From a virus (Duplodnaviria; Heunggongvirae; Uroviricota; Caudoviricetes), in the IMG/VR virus record IMGVR_UViG_3300031760_000006, positions 1 to 27,126 of that record: a stretch of DNA of 27,126 bases; one strand, given 5' to 3'. A model generated the notes under the pieces. The model saw only the letters and a program-made list of their open reading frames with translations, made no database searches and was not told the origin of the DNA. Position numbers and translations under genes: made by a program. Below are positions 17,129 to 26,500 of this stretch, in pieces; the first letter of the stretch is position 1; each line of letters starts with the position of its first letter.

Positions 17129-17737
17129 ACATTCACAGCTACTAACGCTATGATTAACCTGTCCATGCTTGCTTCTAACTCTGGTGTAGATCCCGAGGTT
17201 GTTTCTGATGGAGTTATTAAGGCTACTGGAAACAATGGAACACTGAGAATGCCGAGAATTATTACTGTAAATTCTGGTCAGGAATATACTCTGACTGGTG
17301 TTCAGGAAGGTACTGTTAAGTGTGCTGTTCTGAATCCTAATGGTTCTATGGGTGACACAATGACAGCTGGTACTAATAGTACTGCTACAACCTATGTTCT
17401 TTCTGGAACAAGCTTTACTGCTCCTACAATTGCTGGAGCACAGTTTGTTGTTAAGTATGACAGAACTGTAGAGAACGGTGCTATCGTTCATAATAGTGCT
17501 GACAAGTTTCCAGCTACTATTCGCCTTATTCTTAAGTGTCTTGCCGTAGATCCTTGTGAGGCAGATACACTGAAGGCAATGTATTTAGAGCTGCCTAGCT
17601 TCCAGCCGAGTCCTGAGATTACTGTAGGTCTTCAGACAGACACTACTCTTGATTACAGTGGAGACCTTCAGGTTGATTATTGTTCAGCAAATAAGGCTCT
17701 TTACAATATTTACTGGTGTGATGATGACGAGGAGTAA
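17129..17737 (+). CDS. Major tail protein, exon 3 (TFTATNAMINL...YWCDDDEE*)
   Basis: T/G/A/V-rich beta protein with highly expressed codon usage, followed by a strong terminator, located upstream of the TMP. Confidence 0.8.
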   Translation, partial: TFTATNAMINLSMLASNSGVDPEVVSDGVIKATGNNGTLRMPRIITVNSGQEYTLTGVQEGTVKCAVLNPNGSMGDTMTAGTNSTATTYVLSGTSFTAPTIAGAQFVVKYDRTVENGAIVHNSADKFPATIRLILKCLAVDPCEADTLKAMYLELPSFQPSPEITVGLQTDTTLDYSGDLQVDYCSANKALYNIYWCDDDEE

Positions 17738-17784
17738 TCTCCCGTTATTGTCATAGTTATTAATAATTAAGAGTTTATATTTTT

Positions 17785-17820
17785 ACCCCTATCAAGGGTC
17801 AAATCTTGATAGGGGTTTTT
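17785..17820 (+). terminator. Intrinsic terminator after the major tail gene
   Basis: ACCCCTATCAAG-ggtcaaat-CTTGATAGGGGT-TTTT. Confidence 0.85.
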
Positions 17821-17926
17821 AAAACTGAATACCGTTTAAAATACAAAATTTTTTTGTGTTAATGAATGCAACTTATGGTTAATTATTTAAAAGAGCCAAA
17901 TGGCTCTTATGGAGAAAGGGGTCATT

Positions 17927-18370
17927 ATGGCTACAAAAAGATATAAAAAAATTTGCACAGTGTGCGGAAAAGAATATGAATTTTGTTCAGGTTGTCGTGA
18001 ATATGCTTTACAGCCATCTTGGAAAAACATTTATGATAATGAGAACTGTAGAAACATTTTTAATACTTTAGTTGATTTTAAGCAAAAGAAAGTATCTGTT
18101 GCAGAGGCAAAGGAAAGAATTAATGCTTGTGACCTTTCTTATAAGGATGATATTCGGGTAGATTTACAAGAAGTATTAGATGAACTTCTTACCGCTGATA
18201 TAACTGAGATTGCAATTCCTGTGGTTGAAGAGGTTGAAAAAGCAGTTGATAATAAAACCGCTATTAATGAAGAAAAAGAAGAATTAGAACAAACCAACGA
18301 CATTGTTTCGGAAATTTCTGGTTTTAGAAAAGAAACCAAAAAAAGAAAAGCGAATGCTAAAAATAAATAA
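17927..18370 (+). CDS. Hypothetical protein with N-terminal Cys cluster (CTVCGKEYEFCSGC)
   Basis: SD AAAGGGG supports ATG 17927. CxxC-x6-CxxC motif, likely zinc binding. Confidence 0.7.
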   Translation: MATKRYKKICTVCGKEYEFCSGCREYALQPSWKNIYDNENCRNIFNTLVDFKQKKVSVAEAKERINACDLSYKDDIRVDLQEVLDELLTADITEIAIPVVEEVEKAVDNKTAINEEKEELEQTNDIVSEISGFRKETKKRKANAKNK

Positions 18371-18436
18371 GTATTTTGAACAGTGATTTTAGTCTTCGGG
18401 GGAAGACATTAGATTTCGGTGGGGAGTCTAGCTTTT

Positions 18437-18485
18437 AAGGGGATATAGCCTAAATATACACTGTTCAGGCTATATCCCCTTTTTT
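18437..18485 (+). terminator. Long terminator-like hairpin
   Basis: AAGGGGATATAGCCT...AGGCTATATCCCCTT (15 bp) followed by a T-run. Confidence 0.75.
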
Positions 18486-18513
18486 AGTTTTGATTTTAAG
18501 GAGTGATAAAAAC

Positions 18514-18735
18514 GTGGAAATAAAATCGAATTTGTCTCCCCGTGATTATACAGAAAAAGAAGTCTGTAGAATTATTAATCCTCTTCAGGCAAAAATGTAT
18601 ATTAAAAATCGAGTTTATCCAATAGATATTTATACATCTTTTGACATGAACGGTAATGATATAATTGTGTATATTTTTCTACGAAAAGACACACAAGATG
18701 TATATAAAAAATGGATAAATTATGAATTAAAATAA
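18514..18735 (+). CDS. Small hypothetical protein (73 aa, GTG start)
   Basis: SD TAAGGAGTG precedes GTG 18514, in frame with the tracked ORF. Confidence 0.65.
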   Translation: MEIKSNLSPRDYTEKEVCRIINPLQAKMYIKNRVYPIDIYTSFDMNGNDIIVYIFLRKDTQDVYKKWINYELK

Positions 18736-18750
18736 ATAGGGAGAATAAGG

Positions 18751-19029
18751 ATGGGAAAAAGATATTTAGAAAAAAAGAAAAAAGTATTTGTAATTGCTTC
18801 TACTGATTGTTTGTATATGAAAAAAACTTTTGGTAAAAGCGATTACAGTTTTATTGATGATATAGAAGGAGCAACCAAATTTATATCTAGAGAGCTGGCT
18901 AAAAATTACATTGAATATTATAAACGTGATTTAGGTCAGTATGCTTTAGATGTAATAGTTATTCCATTGGAGATTAGTTATGAACTAATTCAGGAAAACA
19001 TAAACGAATATAATGAATACTTAAATTAA
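18751..19029 (+). CDS. Hypothetical protein (92 aa)
   Basis: SD AGGGAG, operonic spacing. Confidence 0.65.
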   Translation: MGKRYLEKKKKVFVIASTDCLYMKKTFGKSDYSFIDDIEGATKFISRELAKNYIEYYKRDLGQYALDVIVIPLEISYELIQENINEYNEYLN

Positions 19030-19045
19030 ATAATGAGTTGATTAT

Positions 19046-19522
19046 ATGAACGAAACATCTGAATACAAAATTATAATTGATAATGCTTTAGTAGATGAGT
19101 ATTGTCAATTATATTTTAAACAGCATCCACGAGCAAAGAAGCATCCAATTGACAGACCAATACATCCTAGTTTGAATCAATGGATGATATTGCCAAGAAT
19201 TCAAATGAACACATTAAAACAAAAATGGAAAGATTTTGGTAAATTTATTATTAAAAAATATGGGTTAGAAAATAAAATGTTAGAAAATTTTGAGATAGAA
19301 TTTTCGGTATTTATGCCGACTAGAAGAAGGATTGACCCAGATAACACTTGTCCAAAATTTTTGTTGGATGCCTTTACCGAATCTGGTTTTATTGTGGATG
19401 ACGATAGTAAGCATTTAAAAAAATTAATTTTGAGTGCGGATTATGATAAAGATAATCCACGAACAGAAATTATTGTTGTAATAAATGATAATAAGAAAAA
19501 AAGGAGAAAAGATATATTATGA
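19046..19522 (+). CDS. rusA: RusA-like Holliday junction resolvase
   Basis: PSLN, RRIDPDN..KFLLDAF..SGFIVDDD and DKDNPRTEI match the RusA acidic catalytic pattern. Confidence 0.8.
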   Translation: MNETSEYKIIIDNALVDEYCQLYFKQHPRAKKHPIDRPIHPSLNQWMILPRIQMNTLKQKWKDFGKFIIKKYGLENKMLENFEIEFSVFMPTRRRIDPDNTCPKFLLDAFTESGFIVDDDSKHLKKLILSADYDKDNPRTEIIVVINDNKKKRRKDIL

Positions 19523-20043
19523 CTGTATTAGAATTTATCGAAAAATATAATAGGCTAAGTTCAACATCAGCAAAAAACAAAATGATAGAATCTATTATGA
19601 AAAGAACTTATTGTCCAGTTTTAGAAAAGCGGGTAATTTTACAAAAAATGCTAGAAAAATCTATAGCTACTGATTCATCTAATGAGACTATACAATATAT
19701 TGACATGTTTGTTTTCAAATTAAATTATATTATGTCTATTATAATATTATATACTTCTTTAGCAATAGATACTAAAATAGTAGCTGGAGAAAAAATAGCT
19801 AAGACTGAAGAAATATATGATGGGTTAGTTGAATCTAAAATAATAAAAGAAATATATGAGCAAATTGGAGAAGACGAATTAAAGGAATTGAACAATATTA
19901 ACGAAATGTTAATAAGTAATTTTGATTATACGCATTGTACTGGTTATGCATATTTAACAAAAACACTTAATAATGCGACACAATTAATATCAACAACTAT
20001 TCAACCTATTATTGGTTATGTTGATCAATTAATGGGTTCGTAA
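19519..20043 (+). CDS. Hypothetical protein, possibly tail assembly chaperone (174 aa)
   Basis: Helical protein two genes upstream of the TMP. Position only. Confidence 0.5.
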   Translation: MTVLEFIEKYNRLSSTSAKNKMIESIMKRTYCPVLEKRVILQKMLEKSIATDSSNETIQYIDMFVFKLNYIMSIIILYTSLAIDTKIVAGEKIAKTEEIYDGLVESKIIKEIYEQIGEDELKELNNINEMLISNFDYTHCTGYAYLTKTLNNATQLISTTIQPIIGYVDQLMGS

Positions 20044-20067
20044 CTGTTATAAAAAGAGGGGGTAATT

Positions 20068-20523
20068 ATGGCAGTAGGTTTATCAGATTTTTACGCTGAT
20101 TGCAAAAAATATGGTGATGTTTTTGCAAGGACAGCTGCTCAAACAGCAAAGGATTTATTATATAAAGAGGCGACTTTAGCTATAGATAATTATTACGGAA
20201 GTTATTCCCCTCGAGTTTATGATAGAGAATACAATATTAAAAATAATTCATATATGGGGTTTTATCGTAATAGTGGGAAAGCATGTACTGGCGGTGTAAG
20301 AATTACGCCAGAAAGAATGCATGAATATTTTTTACATACAAATTGGAGCAATTCAAAAATAGCAGGAAAAGTTTGGAACGAAGGATATCATACTAGGGGT
20401 GTTGTTACAACCCCACCATTACCTTTTGTTGCAAGTCGTTTAGAAGATATTAAACAAATTTGTATCGAAAAAGGAGAACAAGCCGCTAAAAGCGAATCGT
20501 ATTCTGTAATTAGTTTTTCTTGA
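20068..20523 (+). CDS. Hypothetical tail-module protein (151 aa)
   Basis: SD AGAGGGGGT, directly before the TMP. Confidence 0.6.
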   Translation: MAVGLSDFYADCKKYGDVFARTAAQTAKDLLYKEATLAIDNYYGSYSPRVYDREYNIKNNSYMGFYRNSGKACTGGVRITPERMHEYFLHTNWSNSKIAGKVWNEGYHTRGVVTTPPLPFVASRLEDIKQICIEKGEQAAKSESYSVISFS

Positions 20524-20538
20524 AAGTGAGGTGAAAAA

Positions 20539-23500
20539 ATGGCTGCAAATGCTACTGTGCAATTAACTTTTGACCCTAATGAGCGTTCAATGAGAGTAGT
20601 TGCAAAAAAATATGACGATTTTATTAAAAGTCTTCAAGATAAAGGAAAAGTAAATATTGTTGCATATTTACAAGAAAATTATGATGAAGCTGTAACAAAA
20701 GGAATTGAATCAAAATATATAGATAAAATTAGTGGTTTAGGTAATTTTATTTATAAGAATAAAACTGGAATTCTTGAAGACGAAACAATGGGGTTAGAAG
20801 AAAAAATATATAAAATTATTGATTATGGCAAAAAAATGGAAACTTTGTCTTCTATACCTCAAAGAGATTTGGCAAATATGTCAACTTTTACTGGTAAGCA
20901 ACTTGATGAAGCTATTACTAAATATGAGAAGGTTTTAGATTTAAAAAACCAACTTGAAGAAAAAAAAACTGCGGGGCAAGAAAATGCCAGAAATATATTA
21001 AATGATTCTAAACTAAGCAAAAAAGATTTAAGTAACGAGGTTAGAAATAGTAATTTAAATTACACAAAACAAGGATTAACCAATAAAAAAATCGCAGAAC
21101 AATTATTGGGAGCTTGGGGACTTGAAATAAAATCTTCTGAAAAAGATTTACATTCTATACAAAGTAATCTTGGTGAATATGGTAGAACCATTGAATATTT
21201 TCAATCTTTACAAGAAAAATTACTTTCCCCGGATAAAATAACTACAAAACAACAAGCTGAATCGCAACTAAAAACTATACAACATATGCAAGATGCTTAT
21301 AACCAAATGTTTAAATTAGAAGGTAGTTTTAAAACAAGTTTACAATCTTCAGATGGTTCTGATTTTAAATTGGGTATAGAGCAACTGGGAATAAAAAATC
21401 CAAAAGAAGTTATTGGAAGTTATATAAATGCATATGTTAAGACGTTTACAAGTAGTTTAGAAAACCAATTTAATAAAGCACAAACAGATTTTAGTGCAAC
21501 TATTTCTAAAAGAGCTGCTCAACAAAAGAGCACTGCTGAAAAAGGAGAAAAAAGGGCGTTACAAAGAGAAGAATCAAGAAGAGAAAGAGGGCGTTCTAGT
21601 AAATCTTTTGAAGGTGGTACTGGGGGTACTGGAGGTACTGGACAAGCACTGAACAATCAAGATTTAGAAAATACAGAAAGAGAATTTAATAATACCGCTA
21701 CACAAACAGAAGGTGTAGTAACTGAGGAAGCAATAGAAAATGTTAATCAATACATTTCTTCTCTTGATTCTTGTATAAGCAAAATTAAAGAATTGATGAC
21801 TGTTTATAATGAACAAGGAGGAGACTTATCTGACCAAGAATGGGCAGAATTAGGAAAATATTATGAAGGAATAAATCGAATTGCTAAAGATGAGGGGATT
21901 TCTGAAAAAGAATTAAAAAATAAAATGTCTTCTGCTAAAATTCCTAGTCAATTAATAGATGATTTTTTCTTTTATGCGACTCCTAATGATATTGAGGATA
22001 TTATTGAAGATGAAAATGTTTTAAAGAATTTTCAAAAAGATATTAAATCAATTCAAACATCTAAAAGACCAGATACTAATGAGTTACAAAGTAAAGTTGA
22101 CCAAATAGCTTCTTTAATAGATGAATCTTTTAATTATGAACCTGACACTAAAGAATATATAGAAAATTTAGAAAAACAAGCAAGATTATATGGAGAAATA
22201 AAAGAAAAATTTGGTGAAGCTATTAAAGACCCTATGCTTGATATTAAATCAGAAGAAGATATAAAAGAATTAGAAAGTGTATTAGCGAGGTTAGAGTCTC
22301 AAAAAGAAAAATCTAAAAGCACTCAAAATAGCAATCAAAATCAAACATATGATAAAAAAGAATATGGAAATAACCAAGAATATTATGATAATAATCGTAG
22401 TACAGAAGAGTATTTTGATGAAACATCAATGGGAGATTTTGATGAAAAAGGCTTAAATAATTTAAAAGCTATTTTTTCACAAATTTCTTCTTTAATTTTA
22501 AATATAAACGAAACAATTTCTTCTACGGGTGATATAGATATATCTTCGAGTATGGAACAATTAAAAAAAAGTGTTTTAGATTTCCAAGATATATTTACAA
22601 CTATTGGCAATATGCCTTCTCCTGAAAATTTTGACTCTTTAATATCTACAATAAAACAAATTATCCAAGCTATCTCTGATTTATCTACTTCTTATGGTGG
22701 TAATCAATTTGCATCTGCTATGAAAAATTGGGAAGAAGCGGATGAGATTTTACGAGAATTTAGAAGAGGTTCAGGTTCAATAGGTTTAACTACAAATGTG
22801 GAAGAATTTGGCCCGTTAGAACGTGCGGCACTTGTAGATTCATTAACTGGAAAAATATCTAATACTCATGCTATTGGACATGATGGTTTTACAGAACAAA
22901 AAACTATAAGAAGATTACAAAAAGGAAAATCATATGATACTTTCTTACATTCTCATCCTGCTTTCGGACAAACGATAGCAGATGACACTTCAGGCACTTG
23001 GTATAAAGGAAAAGGAGCCGACCTTGCTTTTTCTCATGCAGATATATCTCTTTATCGTGATTTCTTAAAAGAGGGCTTTGTTAAAAAAATGATGGCAGAG
23101 TCTAAAGGAATGATACGAGAATTAGACCTTTCTTCGCTAGATAAAGATTCGTTAGATAAAATTGCTGATACATTTCTTGCACCATCAAAAAATTTTGATG
23201 GTGCAATTACTCGATTTGACGAGTATATGATGGAAGAAAAAGACAAATTGGTATCTTCTTTATACGATTCAAAAACAAAAACTTACGATTATGATTTACA
23301 AAGTAAAATTGCTACAGATTTTTTAATGCAAGCTATAAAAGAACACGGAACAATAAACGGAGAAAAAATAACTGACCCAACACAATTTATAAAAGATTAT
23401 TCAGTTGATAGTCTTCAAATAGACCAAAATGTTTTAGAACAAAATAAGCAAAATATATTATCTTCTATTGCTAATGTTAATGAAATTATGACTGGTTTAT

Positions 23501-26500
23501 CTTCTGTTTTAGGTGAGACGACAATTTCTCAAGGTAGCGAAGTAGATACCGCATCTATTATACAAGGATATCTTGAAAAATATCAGAATACTTTTCAAGC
23601 AATAAATAATATGATGAGTTCAATTGCTACGATGTCTTCTGAGTCTTCTTCTATAAATACAGAAGAACTTATAGCATCTATTACAAATTTGGGGGAATGT
23701 TTAAAATCTATAACAACTAGTATAACCAATATTATTCCTACCAATGGTGAAATGCCAGATTTTGCAAATAGTGATTACCTTAGTCAATTTACTAGTTTTA
23801 TTACAGGTATTGAAAATTTTATTAATCAAGTAACATCAGTATTTAGTAGCAATTCTGTTTTAGCAAGTAATGAAGAGGGAACTTCTTTAGATTTTTCTGA
23901 AAAATTTACTGATGTATTCAATACTATTGAAAAAATAAATTCAATTAAAACTAGTATGTCTCAAATGTTACAACAAGGAGAAAATTCTACAGATTTTGAA
24001 GTGGAAGATTATTTAGGAAAAATAGATTATTTTAAAAATCTATTTATACAAATAAGTAATCTTTTAACTGAGGTGTCTTCTTTATTTGCAGAGAATAATT
24101 TTGAAAACATATCTGGTTTAGAGGATATTAGCAGTATAACAGGAATTTTTAACAATCTTTCGGTATTGTTTCAATCTTTGTCATCAATTCAAAGCGAACC
24201 AGATACTATAGCTGGATTAGAAAGTTATGTTAATCAATGTCAAAATGTTTTTAAAGCGATTAATAATACAATTGATAAAATAACTTTAATAGGCATAGGG
24301 GTAGATACTGGTTCCGTTGGTAATTATGCACAGAATTTAGATTCGATGATGAGTAATCTTAATAACACTATACAGAATGTTGAATATATACTGGCTCAAA
24401 TGGCCAATAATGAAGATGATATATATTATTTTGATAACAGCTATTTTGAAGGACTTATTACGGTTTTAAATCGTGTCAGTGATTTTGTTCATGATGTTAA
24501 AACTATTTTTGGGACATTGGGAGCTGCTTCGGATACGCAGACTGCTGAATTTCAAGGGCTTGAAACATCAATAACTCAAATTACTCAATATATTCAACAA
24601 ATTGGTGAAATTAATAATCTTATGGCATCTTTGACTCCTCAAGAGTCAACAGATACATTTACACCAGAATCTAATTTAACTATATTGGCAGAAAAATTAA
24701 CTGCAATTAATACATTTTTTTCTCAGTTAAATACATTTTTTGTAGCAATTTCAACATCAATAAGTAGCTTAAATACGGCTGATATTTCATCACTTTCGGT
24801 TCAGTTATCTTCTTCAATAGAAAGTATTAAAAATATTATTTCTGCTATAAACAAAATAAATGAAATTAACATCGAAAGTTTCAATCAAAATCTATCTGCT
24901 TTTAAAGAAAATCAGTCATTTAATGTTTCTTCACAAGAAAAAGCAACAACTGAAGGAATTGATGAAAAAGATTTTACTAAAATTCCTAACGAAACTATTG
25001 AAATGGGTTCATTAGAACAAGCGGTAGATTCTGTTACAGCCGCTGTAGATAGAAAAACGAGGGCTTTTGTAGAAGAGGGACAAGTTGTTCAAGGTGTTAT
25101 ACAATCAGAATCTAATAGTATAGAAACTTTAACTGGTTGGATTAATATGCTAGTTGAAGAGCTAGAAAAAATGGGGCAAATCAGTGAAAAAATAATGGGC
25201 AATACCGATTTGCATCGTTTGATGTCTAATGGAATTAGTGATTCAAATAATACTGGTTTTAATAATGCAGATAATACTCCAACAAAAGATGATTTAAATT
25301 CTGGGAAAAAATCTTCTTGGGACGAATACAGTAAAAATGCCTATGCTCTAAAAAGAGATGCCGAAAAATATAGCAACAATATTAAAAAATGGTTTTTAGG
25401 TCAAAAATTTGATTCAACTTTTGTATCTGAAACTTCTAAACAAATACGAGAAGCCCAAGATTCGTTTTCCAAAGCTTTAAATTCTGATAATCCTCCCGGA
25501 CAAAGATGGGAAAATGGCTATAATGCTTTTATAAACGAATTCAAACAAAAAGGAATCGAGTTAGGAAAAACATTATCGGGTTCTTTTGATAATACTATAT
25601 TAGATTTAAATCCTGATTCAAAGAATTTAGTTCATTTAGAAGAATATGTTTCAAAATTTGACGATTTAAAAGCTAAAGTAGCAGAATTAAAATCTTTATT
25701 TAAAGAAGATGATTTTTTATTAAATGGAGATAAATTACGCCAAGCATATGATTTGTCATCAAGTATAAATAAACAATCAGATTATTTAAAAGGCGATAAT
25801 TTTATTCCAATTGATGAACTTACTCGTTCTAAATATCAAGCTAAAGTTGAAAAATGGGGAAGAAAAAATAGTGCCGCATTAAGAGATGAGAATTTAAAAC
25901 AAAGTTTTGATGATATAACTGCTAAATTATCATCAAACGAACTATCTAAAGCGGATTTATCTCCAATTATTCAACAATTTAATGAATTAGATGCTGTTAC
26001 ATCGAAAACTGGGAAAAATGGCCTTTCATTTTTTGATATGTGGAAAGGTCGTATACAAAATTTAGGCACATATTTATTATCATATGTATCATTATTTAGA
26101 GTTTGGAATACTTTTAAACAAGGTGTTTCTATTGTAAGAGAATTAAATACTGCTTTAACAGAAATGCGAAAAGTTAGCGATGAATCAATGACCTCTTTAA
26201 AAAATTATCAATTCGAATCGTTTGATATTGCTGATAAAATAGGTTCGACAGGTCAACAGATTCAAAATTCTACAGCTGATTGGATGCGATTAGGCGAATC
26301 TATGACTGAAGCTTCTCATTCAGCAGAAACTTCTAACGTATTATTAAACGTATCTGAATTCCAATCTATTGATGAAGCGACAACAAGTTTAGTGTCCATG
26401 AGTCAAGCCTATAAGAATTTGGATAAAATGGATATTGTTGATAAATTAAATAATATTGGTAACAATTATAGTATATCAACAGACCAAATTGCTACAGCTT

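Noticed and set aside
19519-20523. Programmed frameshift between two tail chaperone genes
   Set aside because: No convincing slippery heptamer near the end of the first ORF, and the second has its own SD.
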